In this document: in pieces, positions 50,071 through 62,782 of the stretch
How positions within the stretch are numbered: the stretch's first letter is position 1
Layout of the letters: each line of letters begins with the position of its first letter
DNA from: Ramazzottius varieornatus
Taxonomy: Eukaryota > Animalia > Tardigrada
Direction: 5' to 3'
Assembly: GCA_001949185.1 (NCBI GenBank)
Contig: BDGG01000001.1
Coordinates: 5,259,624-5,323,623, forward strand
Length of the DNA stretch: 64,000 nt
The notes under the pieces: model-generated
Databases searched by the model: none
What the model was told of the DNA's origin: nothing
The model's input: the letters and a program-made list of their open reading frames with translations, nothing else
Position numbers and translations under genes: made by a program

Positions 50071-53000
50071 GACAGAGTCCTCTGTGGTTATAGCCCAATC
50101 CCTAATTACAAAAATTTTGACAGCGACTTCCGTATCGCTTAGACGTGGTGCAAAACATACCCTGTGGCATTCGCGCGAAATAGTCTTTCCCGGGGAATTG
50201 AAAGCAGCCATTCAAGAGCTCAATCAAGTAACTGCACTTTGCATGATGCAGTACGAGAAGAAAATGTAAAATTTCCCAGTCAGAGCCAGGCGAATCGTAC
50301 GGCCAGCCAACAACATCACATTCAAACGGCTGTGCTCAGCCGTATCGTTCATCTACCTGAATTTACGGACTTTATGTTTGCTTCTCGCATTTCTGATCCC
50401 TCTTCGACTTTCTCGCCGACGGTGATCGATGTTCCAGTGCGAAGCACCTGCGACAAACTTGCTCTGGATATCGAAGGTGAGCTGTATCACAAGCTGCATT
50501 CGGAAAAGGACCCAAGCCGAACTATCCTGAACTGGGCATCTTTTCGACGAAAAGAGGTGAGGAATATCGACAAGAATCCTCGTTTATGCTTTGTCAAGAA
50601 TCTTGCTTGGAAAATCGTTCGCTGCTTTCTTTAAGGTCAGATGTATACTAGTCTCACAGTAGACGTCAGACTGTTGCTCTAATCACTTATCGCCGGAAAA
50701 GCTGTGGGTGCCGCCGTGCCGGAGCTGGGCTGCTCAAGCAGAAGAAGCACAACAACGCGTCTCCTTCCACCTTCGACAACACTCGCGCCATTGAAGCTGA
50801 TAGCAATACTGGACCCAAGGGAGGCCTCGCGGGATTGATGAGCATGTTTGGTGTTCAGGTAAGCTTGGCTAACATTTCCTACCCGCTTGGCAGAGGACAA
50901 ATACTGGTATAAGTTTCAAATGGGAGCTCGGCAGACAATTCGACAAGACCGATTTTCAAACGGCGCACGCTCCCGGCCATTGGAACAGACAACATGCGCC
51001 ACTTGGGGAAAACCATCTTGTCGAATTGGCTCACCGAGCTCGCAAACTGCTCCGAAGATCGCAACAATCTTGCCGCAACAGCCAGGATACCTTTTTATCC
51101 GCTGCTCAAAATTAGTAGCCGAGAAGGCCCATGCACTAAATTGCTCTTTCGCAGGTGATTGTGGAGTATACTCCTAACAGCCAAGAGGATGGAAAGTCTA
51201 CCGATGGAGACGCTGCTTTATACTATTACTGTACGTTAATACCTGAACGTTTCTTGATGAAACGATAGAAGATACATATTATGGATTGTAATGCGTTACT
51301 GTGCACAGTTCTTGCGTTTTACAGAATAACAAAAAGGGACTTATTTGCTTGTTCTGTCGTGATGTCAAGAATGACAGCTGGGAAGGACGAGACGCTGAGA
51401 TGGTGTAAAGCCTTCCACGGGCTAGACAAGAACCCTACAAGGTCGGTCGATGAAGAAGGAATTAGGATCAAAAGGGAACTGACTGGGGATAGTTTTCTTT
51501 ATTAGTAATGCTAGGTCCCAAGAGAAGGAAAGGAAAAAAGGAGTCCCGACTGTTAATGACCAGTCGGTTTATATACTTTGACAGCGAAGCAGAAGGAAAG
51601 AGAAAGTTCTAGAAGTACGTGAAGTGTTCGTGCTGATTCAGCACGAGTGCTTCATTGCCGAGGTAAGCTCTTTACAGAGCCTCCTCGCTGATCCTACGCA
51701 TCCTCGCGTAGTGCTCCATCGACCTGTTATTCTCAAGTATTTCCTTGCTGGCTGCGGTTTGGCCTGCGGTCGATGTTGGGTTGTCTTGAGTGTGGACGAT
51801 GTAATGGCCCACCTGCGTGAAGTGGTTGTGGGTGTTTGCGGTTTTTGCGATTCGGCTTGCGGTCAATGTGCAGATGGCTTGAGTTTGGACTGCGGAATTG
51901 CTCACTCGTGTAAAGCGGCTTGCGGACTTGCCGTTTCTCGGTATAAATGCTCCGTGCTGTTATCACTGTCATTCAGTTGGTATTGCTTTGGATGTGTTAT
52001 GGATATCGATTCGGAGGTGGAATGTGTCAGCGACGGGGAACACGAGGAGGATGATCAACGTGAGCGCGAGGAGGTCCGACCCTCTGGATGTGTAAGTTTC
52101 CGGACCATTTTTTGCTTGTTTCCTTTTGTGGTAAGTTCAGGATTGCTGCGTTGTAAACTGGCAGCATTGTTGGCATTGGATCGGACACGCTTTTCCAGCC
52201 GGACGGCGCGGTCATTGTGCACCGTACCCGAGACTTTGGTGTGGCACTACGACTGAGTAGGCGAATGGAAGCCGAAAATATGGAACGGCGGGCAACGCAA
52301 CGAGAGGCACTATATGCGGTAGCCCGTGACGCTCTTCGTTGCGTGAGTGATTTTGAATCCAGTTTGCTGTATATGAATGGTAATGTTATGATGGCCTGTG
52401 GATGAGCTTTCTCGTTTTCTTCAGGTACCCGTGTATTCGGGTTCCCTTGATTTTCCATCGTGGGAGTTCTTTCCGGCGTATTGTGGGGTGCTTGGTGCGT
52501 TCCCCTTCACGGAGCTGGACTTGTTGAAACTTCTGCCATGTCTTCTGGAGGGAAGGGCGGCGAATCACTTGAATGCCCAATCTGAGATCATGCCGTTCAT
52601 ATTCGTGGGTTTGTTTGAGGTGCCTGCGGTCAAGCCTGGTGTGGGGAATGTCTGCAGGTCTGCATGGACCGGGACGACGTGGAGCGATGGATGTAGTATC
52701 TCGTCGAACCTCCGGATTGGATGGATTTGGGGCCTTTCATGGACATAATCGGCAGCTTTGATGAGCAAGGAATGCTGGTAAACAATAATTTGTTCGAGTA
52801 CTAACGGGAACGTTTCTGACTAAATCGTCTTGTTCGATCTGAATGCGACCTTCCCGGGATGGACCTCAAGTACATGTTTATCCTGAGCTGCCTCGACAGA
52901 CTGGTGTGGAAGACAACCGAGTAAGTCAAGAATAGTGTACTGGTTTGCCTTTCTAGTATGGAAGCCGGGCGATCGAAATGTCACGATCACCATACCAAAT

Positions 53001-53149
53001 GGCGCATGTTTTCATGGTTATTGGCTGCAGAGGTGCGCGACTCAGGACGACAATAAAATCATACAGCCAACTACTTCGCAACTTCACGTGTATCTTTCTT
53101 TTTGAGACTCCTCTGTACTTTACCCTTGCACCATGCCTCTTATTAAGTT

Positions 53150-55420
53150 TACAGGTGAGATCGGGAAGAAGCTGACTCTCCTGTACGGGAACGTGAATGG
53201 CATACGAAGCAAGAGCGAGGAGACAGCGATGGATGGAGGAAAGGAATGCGGATATCGTCGCTTTGGTAGAAACTTTTGCAGATGAGTCTACGGCTGATTG
53301 TCTTATTGCCGACTTGGATCAGTACAACCTCTTCAGGAAAGACCGACAAAGATGTCTGAAGGAGAATGGAGTGGGAGTTGCCATTGCCATCAAGAACGGC
53401 CTACAATCGCTGAGGATGACAAGCCTCGAAGTGGATGGATTGGAAGTTTATGGATAAAGCTGGTTTGTCTCCGCCTGAATGTCCTGGTAGGAGTAGTATA
53501 TGCGCCAAGCTACGATACGGATGTCCATCCCATCGATTCCCATTCCTGATGAAGAAGAAAAGTACATCGTTGATCCCCAAGACAAAGCTGAGTTCATTAG
53601 TCTAGATTTCGCCAAAGTCCATACTGCCTGTACACAGCACTGCCTGCCAAGTGAGACCGTTCATAGTGCGCCGATTCACGTTGAACCTCCAGAGACACTC
53701 CACTGCCCGCCACTGCAGTTCACCTCTTTGTCCATCCTGGAGCAACTGCAATGGCTCGACATGTCGAAAGCTTGTGGCTCATTCCTCATTACCAACCGTC
53801 TGCTTAAGATCGCAGAAACGACCATCCTGTACCCTCTGTCAAGACTTTCAGCCTTATCATCAGCAAGAGACAGTATCCAACAGCATGGAAGCAACTTTCC
53901 GGCCCATTTCCCTTCTGATGCCGCTCTCAAAGCTATTCGAAAAGTTCGTTGCCGTCCACCTGAATACCTTTCTTTATTCTAACCATCTTCTTTCAGATAG
54001 CCAGTTCGGTTTCCGCAGGCAAAGATCGACCGAAATGCAGTTGCTTCTTATGGCCCACCAATATTCCCAAGTGCTCCTACAAAGAGAAGAAGTCGACGCC
54101 GTTCTTCTGGATTGTTCCAAAGCCTTTGACAAGCTTCCACATTCGACCATCGTACGCAGCCTGGCAAGCCATGGTGTGACCGGAGAACTGAACGACTTGC
54201 CGTCCGATTACCTCCGAGGAAGAAGCCAAAGAGTTGTAGTGGAGGGGTACTTTTCTTCGGAGCAGCCAGTGCCATCGGGTGTCCCTCAAGGATCCATCCT
54301 TGGACCTTTGCGGTTTGTCGTCGCCGTGAACAACCTCGCAAGTAAGCTCAAGTTACCTGTGATGCAATATGCTGACGGTATAGTCTTATGGCGAACTGTC
54401 AAGAGCGATGAAGACTGCACAGCTCTTCAAGAAGATCTGCAACGTCTGGAAAACTGGTATGAAGAAAATGGCCTCAAGCTCAATCGGGAAACGTCTCAAC
54501 ATCTCCGAGTGTCCAACAAGATAATGAAGGTGGCAGTTCCTAGCGGCAGCTACGCTATCGACAGCAAGCAGACCAACACGGTAAGCGGGGCAAAGTGTCT
54601 TTGTGTTATGTTCTCGAGCAAGATGGATTGGACAGGACAAGTGGCCAAGGTGACGAAGAAGTGTCGACAGCGCTTTTACGCGATCAGCGGCTTTTTCCCC
54701 AAGCGACATGGTGCAGTGAAGCAGCTTCTTTACAACAGCCTGGTAAGATCGGTGGTGGACTACGCTTCTTCGTGTTGGTTTTCAGCAACGAAGGGTCTCC
54801 AGAAGCAGCTGGAATCAATCCAGAAAATATTCCTGCTTAGTATCCGTCTGAGCCCAGCAGACAAGAACAGTCATGACACGGACTTCCGGCAGTACCATCA
54901 GCACCTTCGGGAAGTCGGATGGAGACCTCTCTGGCAGCAAAGATGTGAGCTCATTATGGTCAATGCCTTCAGGATTTGGAACGGTAACTTCGCCCACGGT
55001 GACAGGCTGATGAAAGTTGGGGGGACCGGCCAGAACATGCGGACAAGAATCCAGTTAAAGATCTTCATGATGTCTCCTGTGTCGGTGGCGCCCCCTTCCT
55101 TCAAGATGCTTGACTCGACCGTTAGCTCTTTTGCTTACATCGTAGAAGCTTTTCTGAAAGATCCCCTTTTTACTCCATCTTCTGTGGATTTGAGTAGTCT
55201 ATGTAGCTTCAAAAGATATCTTGATGGTCTGAATTTTTCGAATTTTAGTTGGTGCAAAAAGAATCTCGATGAGCACTTGTTAACTTGAATCAACTTGTTT
55301 TTTATACGTTTGCCTTTGCATCCCTTTTTCTCCGGCGCTCTTGCTACTATTTTTCAAATTTGATCCGCGAGCGCGAAGCCTGGCTTTGCATAGGGCAAAT
55401 AAAGGTTATTATTATTATTA
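53150..55420 (+). mobile_element. Non-LTR retrotransposon (CR1/L2-like) with internal deletion and (TTA)n tail
   Basis: APE remnant YGNVNGIRSK, DIVALVET, FRKDR, GVAIAIK. RT: FRPISLL, QFGFR, LDCSKAFDKLPH, SGVPQGSILGPL, QYADG, YNSLVRSVVDYAS. AATAAA at 55398 followed by (TTA)5. Confidence 0.92.
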
Positions 55421-55468
55421 TATCACGTTTTGATTGCCTAGCTCGTGTATTTTTTATTGGCTGACGGT

Positions 55469-56036
55469 TATGTCTGATGTGATTATCAGGGAAATTTCTG
55501 CACCAGTCCTTGGTGAGACTTTCCACAGCCTGATGGTGGACGAAGCTTGGGAAGTCATTCAGATCCAGAGCATGACCGAGTTTCTGGAAAAATATGGGGT
55601 GTACTCCGGAGTTGCTGCCGTATTCTGTCTCCCTGTCAAAGCCACTAAGCCGCTTCATCTTCTACCAACGAAGTACGTGGAGACGTCTTCCATGGAGAAA
55701 TGGGTTAACGCGCGGAATATTCAGGATTATGTTAACGCCTTTGTGAAACCTTTCCTCCTTCAAGGAAAGGAAAACCTCGAGGTAGTAAAACCTAATACAA
55801 GTTTTATGAATCAAATTACAGCTGATTTTTTAAACGCAGATTTGGTTTTGGTAACAAACATCTTATCTGTAGAGAAAGTTTCTGTTCTGCAGGTCGTACG
55901 AGAAGTGCTGTTGGCGGTTGGACTTCCGTTTCTGAATGCTAAGCTGGCCAGTGTGGGCGCGGGTGGACGACTGTGGAGCGAGCGTGATGTTGAGGAAAGC
56001 ATCCGCAAGACGGTGGATGTTGAAATGAAACGGTAA
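55469..56036 (+). CDS. Hypothetical protein
   Basis: ~190-aa open frame with globular-like composition; no family recognised. Confidence 0.35.
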
Positions 56037-57580
56037 TCGAATATCCAGCTTGTCAGGAGTGTACTCCGGCAACTAGATTATCGATATAACTTTGTTATTC
56101 GTTCTAGTAATTTAGTGAGTGGAATGCTACCTTGACCAGCTGCAAATCCCTGCTGGCTTTGTCTTCGAACTTCCGCCATGGTTCCTTATGATGATCTTGA
56201 CATTCACCTAGCGATGATTCACGATGTGAGTCATGTTATTTTCTTTTGTCCGCATATCGGACGTAGTCGGACAAACTTGGGCAGATCGCACTTTCAAGTA
56301 TCTGGAAAGTCGAATGCTACGGCGATACATGCAGGAGAATTTCCTACATCGTTTTCTTATCCCTGAGAGAAGTTATAACTATATCATGGGTGGAGACACA
56401 ATCGAAAATACTGCTCACTACTATCTACTGAAAGAGACCCCTCAGAAGATCGAAAAGCTGAGCGAAGAAAGTTATTGGGGTGAACCCCTTATGTCGAGTT
56501 GGTTTAGACAAGGGGACGATTTCTTTCCCAGTTAAAATGCAGCGAGACGAGGAGATCGAGCAGCATACGTGGCCAGATAGCGGGTAATTACCCCGCGCCA
56601 TTTTGTACCCTATAATTAAATCGGGGAAGTTGTTGGAGGGTATTTAGTGCGCCTGTGCTGGAGTGAGAAGTCGATTTCTCAGATTGACTCAAACCTACCT
56701 TTTACGCTGCTGTTAGCTTGAGCTCTCTCTGTCTCTGTAGCTGGTGGACAAGGGACGTTTCAGCGACCGAACAAAAAATCATGGACGCAAATCAAGTTGC
56801 GTCCACTAAACAATTTCGCCATACCCGGGTTTTGACCGAGCTGTTACAGAGTTACTCGTTGGCTGCGGCAGTCGCTCGGTGTTTATAATCCAAGTTATTT
56901 GATCATTTCAGTCTCTTGTGTTTCGGTAAACTTTACAGACTTCTTTACGTGCCCGTGTCCAGGATTTTGAGGTGCATCTTCACGCACCTGCATACGAACA
57001 ATGTGCAAGTGTGTCTGTGACCATTTGCATTATTTTTGTCCTGGACTTTCTTCTGATTTTCTTGTTTTTCTGGACGTCCTTTTCTGCTTTGACGTAGCGT
57101 GGGCTGCTTGTTAGCCTGTAGACGTGGACAACAGGCCTCTTGGAGTACGTTCTGAGCTTCCTGGAGAAAGCTGACCGCTGGCTATCGAGGAAACTGCTGA
57201 CCAGTGCAGTCACCGTACTACGATATTCCATTCAACTTTACCGTCTTCTTTGATGCTTCCAAGATTTGCTCTAACTTCCACAAGCTGCTCAAAGCTTCTA
57301 CTAAGTCTACTGCACGGAATCCGGGTCGGTGGTGGATGTCTGACGGTGGATAAGTCATCCATCGAGGTGAGAGTGTTCACTTCGATAATTTTTCCGTGTC
57401 GCGCAGTGACATGAGCTTTGTTCCGGAAATATGCGCGAGTTGATCGGGGCTGACCAATTGTCGTTTGCTGTACCCACTCAGAGCGGCGCACTTTATACAG
57501 CGATATACTGATATGGTGCGCGAGTTTCGAACAAGTGTTTGCTTGCTTTTAGTTGCAGGTTGTCACGTTCCGAATCCAAG

Positions 57581-58425
57581 ATGCTGCTACTGTACGCTCT
57601 GTTGTTGATGTTCTTCGCTGGAACCGAACAGGCCTGTCCGCTTAAGTGTTCCTGTCAACTGGAGGCGGTGATTGACTGCCGTGACATGGCCTTGACAAGC
57701 TTGGGCGGGAAGGATGGAGTGATTGACGGGAGTATCCGAACGGTAAGTTTGCGAACTGACCTGACCTGACTTGACATACGTGACATGACACCCAAAATTG
57801 TAATGTTTCCAACTTTAAAGTTCTCACTGGATAAAGTTGGATGGTATGGGGTGACCAACCATTTACAGATGTTCACAATGTGTATTTTAAATTCCAATAG
57901 TTGTAATTATTTTCAGATCCTGGCTTCTGACAACTCGATTCGCCACGTGAACGTGTCTTTGCTGTTGATGTCCTACCCGAAATTGAAGCTGCTAGTTCTA
58001 ACTAACAATGCCGACCTGGAGTGTCCATCGCAGCAGCCGGAAGTTGCCATTGTGGGATGCTTGTACAGTAGCACCAATGTCGCTCAAACTACAACCGCCG
58101 CACCAACAACTCGCTCAACCACCTCCATCAAGACTAATGCCATAATTCCATACATCAATGAAAGCGGTGTGGATAATGTCAGCCAAGCCTCCGAAGCTCC
58201 TCAAGGTATTCTTCGTTTTCTCAAACGTTTCTAAATATTGTCGATTTGGTTGTCTGTAATTGTAGATCCAGCGTGGAAGGTCGCAGTGTATGTGGCAGTG
58301 AAAGTTGTGGCAAGCGTGATCGTTGTTGCGGCTTTGCGTAATTCGCTTTTGTTTACAGATGCTTCTGACGTTTGATGCGGATTTAACTTGAGTAATTTAT
58401 GTACTTTTAGCATTCTTTTGTTGAA
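57581..58425 (+). CDS. Small LRR cell-surface protein (signal peptide, LRRNT, 1-2 LRRs, Thr-rich stalk, TM helix), spliced
   Basis: MLLLYALLLMFFAGTEQA-CPLKCSC....IDCRDMALTSL, intron 57743-57916, ILASDNSIRHV...PKLKLLVLTNN..LEC...TTTAAPTTRSTTS, intron 58206-58265, DPAWKVAVYVAVKVVASVIVVAAL; possible last intron ~58338-58410; AATAAA ~58452. Confidence 0.72.
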
Positions 58426-59204
58426 ACGGTGAACACTGAGAATTCATGTGAAATAAAACGTGTCAACTGCCGGATAATTTACCGTGGAGCGATAACAAGT
58501 GATAAAAGTCTGGTCAGTTGCTGTGAGCCTTTGTGCCGATGGGATGACAGGCTGAGATTTCTGTGCAAACAAGATCATTAACAGGTTCATGACCTATGGG
58601 CAGTGTCGAATCACCTGTCGTGAGCGTTATGACAATGAGTCGACAGGTCGTAATTTCTGTGAGAACAAGTTCATCAACAGGTTCATGACCTGAGCTGGAA
58701 TATGATCGGCAGAAGGATGGAATAAAAGCACCACCCCGACAGCGTAGTAAAACAAAGATGGAACATTTCAAGTAGTCAACACTCGAAATCGATCACACCC
58801 ACCTTCCCGAGTCAAGCATTCATATAAAGGAGCTCCAACTCTGGAATATTTCTTATCAGCTTGATTTTCCGGCATGTCTGTCGTTGCTTTGAACGTTTCA
58901 GTCAAAGTTCGGATTTCCAGCCTTGTCGAAGTAAACGAAGTGTACGGTTTCTTACGTGATCGCTGCAAGCTCTATTACCGCTTATTTTGCCAAGCTCCTC
59001 GCATCTTATTTTGCCAGATTTCTCCTTCCTCGTTACCGACGTACCATCCGTTGTGCTTTTCCAAATCCGTGTAGAGCCAGCTCCTGCCCTTCATCCCCGT
59101 CCGATCCTGGACACGTTCCGATCTTTTCGTCGCATCGACCAAACGCTCACCGACCGCGGCATTATCTCCCCCTTTACCTTCGCTACAGTCCGATAAAATT
59201 CATC

Positions 59205-60700
59205 ATGGCCCAAACCTACAACGCGATTGCAGTAGACAATCCGGAGCAGCCACAAGTCGACTGGCTAAAGTTCTTCGACACACGCAACGTCCTGTTCACG
59301 GTGAGTGCTGCCACCTGCTAACTTTTCGGTACTATTGTAGGAGTTTTCGACGAATAATTGGATTCGGACCATGTCCAATTCATATTACCAAGTTTAAGTG
59401 TTCATCAATGGACCATCCACTTTTGATCGACTCAGAAACTCGTTGTACTAGACGTGGCGAATAAAATGGACATGAACTGGGCTGTTTCAGAAAATTTTTG
59501 CTGACCTTCGAATTGCGCATAATTTAATACTATTTGTTCCTTGAACAGCCAAAAGACTTTTCAGCTGTAAGGAGCGCACTGTACTATCCTCATGGCATTA
59601 CGTATCATTTTTAGCTAAAAGATTTTGCGGGCGGTTTCTCCTACTGGAACGAGCTGTTCTTTTTCGACTTCCGCCGACACTCTGAGAGGAAGAATGGCTA
59701 TGTTGCATGGTCGGGGGAAGAAACCCTGCGTTTAAGTGTATCCGACTTTGACAACTTTGTCGGATGGATGCAGGGCTTGATGGCACAGCTCGAGTTGGGG
59801 GAGAGCCAGGGCAGACGTCTTCACAATTTGTGTGAAGCCGGGAACGTCGAAACTGACATAGATGGGTGGGGAAACATCAGGTTCACCAAGCAGGGTTTTG
59901 AGGTGACATCCTTCGAGCTAGACATGCACCAAATGGGCGCGTGCATGGCAGGCATCATAGAACTGGCGAGATTTCTCCGAGAGTACCCGGGAATCGATCT
60001 CGCCACACCGCGTCTAGAAGCGTTGGCCAAGAACAAACGACAGAAGTACAGCGGTAAACAAAACCAGCAGGCCGGTGAGCCTTTTAGTGACATCCAGCCG
60101 GGCTTTAGTGCGCCTCGTATGGTCAATCGTCCTCCTACACTGTATCATGAGTCCGATTATCGGGAACGTGACTTTTTCAATTAGCAGCAGGGGTTCAATC
60201 AGCCACAACAGCGAAATCTTACCCAGCAGCTGCAGCAGGTCAATTACCGGCCTACACAACAGACATTTAATCAACAGCCGGGAAATGATAAACGTGAACC
60301 GCCATGTGTTGGAGGTCAAGTGGTGCAAACGTAAAACCAAACCCAGGGGTTCATTCAACAGCATGGTCAGGGGTTGCCGGCCCCGCCAATGCTTCCACCA
60401 ATCTACAACACGCAGAAGCAAGACTGGGTGGACTTGCTGAACATCCCGGCACCACAGACGCCGTCTCCAACGCTCAGCGACTACGACGCCGCTCGCTTCA
60501 AGCGCGACTTCGCCGAAGTGGTCCATCACTGGGACACAGAGAAGTACGCCTCAGATCAAAATTAGGTAAATTTTTATCATTAGGTTAACGCTTTCGATTT
60601 TCTTTTCTGAAGTCGCAAGGAAGACCAGCGAGACAAGAAGACCGACATGCTGATCGAAATCAAGAAAGAACCGCTTGAAATCGAGAACATCAGCCCGTAA
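59205..60700 (+). pseudogene. Hypothetical spliced gene with Q/P-rich C-terminal part
   Basis: Exon-like MAQTYNAIAVD...VLFT|gtgag, ORF 59768-60184, Q-rich continuation after a stop and P-rich 60374-60565; no family recognised. Confidence 0.3.
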
Positions 60701-60999
60701 GACGCTCAAGTCTTTGGACAGTGAAAATTTGGGTTTCCACCATAATATAGAATAGCGTGTTCAAACTATACAATGTCTTTCAGGCCCAATACCAGCAAGC
60801 CGCAGCCTCCGCCACTACCGCCAATGCTAATGCCATAGGGGATAAGAAGTGAGTGTGACTCCATTCCATTTCGATATTAGCTACGCGCTCCAATTTCTTT
60901 TACCAACGTACTGTGAGCTAACTTGTAACTTCTTGTCTTCAGGTTGGTGGACGAGTTTGAGTTGTCTGGTCCGCGACTCATGCGCAGAGCGAAAGAGCC

Positions 61000-61412
61000 T
61001 GTCGCATGCGATCGTGTCCATCCAACGTAGCATGTGGGATCCAGACAATAATCTGTGTTGCGCTCGTTCGATAGTCGTGAGCCTTTCGAAGATGGAGGAC
61101 ACGCCGGCAGAATACCACGCAGTTCGGGACTCGAGAATGAAGTTACAATGCGAGCGCGCCAGACCGCTTCATCTCGATGCGGGTGTTCCCTTTGGTCCGT
61201 GTGGTCTTCCACAGAGCGAGCTCTTCCAGAAACTACTAGCCAAACGTGGGATCCAGCTGCTGGCGTTTAATGCTAACGCCAAGAGAGCTCCAATGAATGA
61301 CAGTCCGCACTTCCCCAAGCTAGCAGCAATCTTGTACGAGGCTGGGCACTTTGATGCGGTTGCAAAGCCGCACCGTATTGTCGGCAAGGATGCTCGATGT
61401 GGAGGTACGTAA
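61000..61412 (+). pseudogene. Maverick pPolB N-terminal (OTU-like / terminal-protein) region fragment (fragment D)
   Basis: DNNLCCARSIVVS...Y.AVRD....Q...A..LHLDAGVPFGPCGL....FQ..L...IQLLAF...ILYEAGHFDAV, the pattern typical of Maverick pPolB N-termini. Confidence 0.8.
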
Positions 61413-61451
61413 ACTAACGTTTCCGGCAAATTGAAAACTACCTTTAATGCA

Positions 61452-62780
61452 TTATTCAATATTGCAATGTTTGGTCAAACCTGGGTACCGTGTAAATTTT
61501 AGTGGACGCAACTTGATTTGCGTCCATAACACCAGTCCCACAACAAGTCCCACAACACAACACACAAGCCCCACAACACCAGTTCGGCGTCGACTCAGGC
61601 AGGACGAATGACCCAGATCGGGTTCAAAGGAGAATGCCATCAAAGCAAACCCTTTTTCCCAATGGTCAGGATCAAAGAGCAGGCTCGAATTTTGAAACAT
61701 TAGGCCAGTGGTTTCTAGCAGAGAGAGGTATCCATCCCGTTCAAATCCGTTTCCGGGCGTGAATTGGAGAGGGCGCGAGGGGAGGTTTTCGCTGTTAACG
61801 ATAAAGCCGACCTGACTGAGGTTGGCCGACTCCACCTTTAGCGGGTTTTTCTTGTAATGCCCCGCAATAGCGGCGCTGTCCACAAGGGCCAAAATTACTT
61901 TTTTAGGGATAATGCCTCTAAACAAATCATTTCTAGCAAAACTCATGACTCCGGCGTTGATCGTCAGCTCTAGCACATTCTTTTCTTCGAAAAAGATTAA
62001 AGCGTTTCGCTTGGCCAGCAACATTTCATGGGCAACTAGAAATTCTGGATCCATCTTCATTTTTCGTATCTTTAATTGCGCCGACGTTATGATTAGCTTC
62101 AGTCCCAGTGCTTCCTCCTCACTCATCATGTATGGTACCGCCTTGGCACGATGCAGAATGAGCTTGATATCCATTCGGTTTGGAATAAGCAGAGGCTGTT
62201 TGGCTAGTTCACTAGGGAACCTAGAGCATAACTTCCACGTTTGGTCCCCTTTCAGTCGGTTATACCGATTTCGCAGTCCGGAGTTGGTCATGGCCGCATT
62301 CGTCGGAGTGGTCACGGTAGTATCATGACTGCCGGCAGTGTCAAGGTGGAAGCCTTGTAGCTCCAACTGCTCTTTAGAGGATGGTCCGTAGCCCAGCAAC
62401 GCCTCGGCGTAATTAGCGAAGTTAGCCAGCTGCGACACCCCAGTTACCCGCTCCCCGGTCAAATAAAATTCCTCTGTTTGCCACATGGTACTGGCAATCA
62501 TGTTGATAGGCCCGTAGGTAACGGTGTCGGGAACTATAAAGACACCATCGGCCTTTCGAACTTTAAAGTCCCACAGAAGGTAGGAATTATGTAGGTCAAC
62601 AAATTCGTCAGGGCTGCCCGTAACTTCAAAACTGATGGATTCCATGTTGAGACGATTACCCACTGGATTTACATATATCCATTTTCCCGTATCCATATAT
62701 GACTGTGTAGGGGGTACGCTATTCCAGTACTCGACAGCAGTGTTAACACAGTCCGCTGAGGCAGGATGTACTTTGGCCAT
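61452..62780 (-). CDS. Maverick major capsid protein (double jelly-roll, hexon-like), extreme C-terminus replaced by filler (fragment E)
   Basis: VHPASADC, SVPPTQSYMDTGKWIYVNP, ISFEVTGSPDEFVDLHNSYL, YAEALLGY, NSGLRNR, QPLLIPNRMDIKLILHR, LFRGIIPKKVILALV, GHYKKNP, GFALMAF. Confidence 0.92.
   Translation of the reverse strand: MAKVHPASADCVNTAVEYWNSVPPTQSYMDTGKWIYVNPVGNRLNMESISFEVTGSPDEFVDLHNSYLLWDFKVRKADGVFIVPDTVTYGPINMIASTMWQTEEFYLTGERVTGVSQLANFANYAEALLGYGPSSKEQLELQGFHLDTAGSHDTTVTTPTNAAMTNSGLRNRYNRLKGDQTWKLCSRFPSELAKQPLLIPNRMDIKLILHRAKAVPYMMSEEEALGLKLIITSAQLKIRKMKMDPEFLVAHEMLLAKRNALIFFEEKNVLELTINAGVMSFARNDLFRGIIPKKVILALVDSAAIAGHYKKNPLKVESANLSQVGFIVNSENLPSRPLQFTPGNGFERDGYLSLLETTGLMFQNSSLLFDPDHWEKGFALMAFSFEPDLGHSSCLSRRRTGVVGLVCCVVGLVVGLVLWTQIKLRPLKFTRYPGLTKHCNIE
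61530..61582. repeat. Short CCCACAACA-type slippage repeats at the MCP truncation junction
   Basis: ACCAGTCCCACAACAAGTCCCACAACACAACACACAAGCCCCACAACACCAG. Confidence 0.7.
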
Positions 62781-62782
62781 GA

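Noticed and set aside
50372-50700. Possible third major-capsid remnant (VIDVPVRST...CFVKNLAWKIVR) downstream of integrase C
   Set aside because: Resemblance is too weak to support by eye; needs a profile search.
59768-60184. Possible PC4-like ssDNA-binding domain
   Set aside because: Only a general beta-beta-helix feel; no diagnostic motif recognised.
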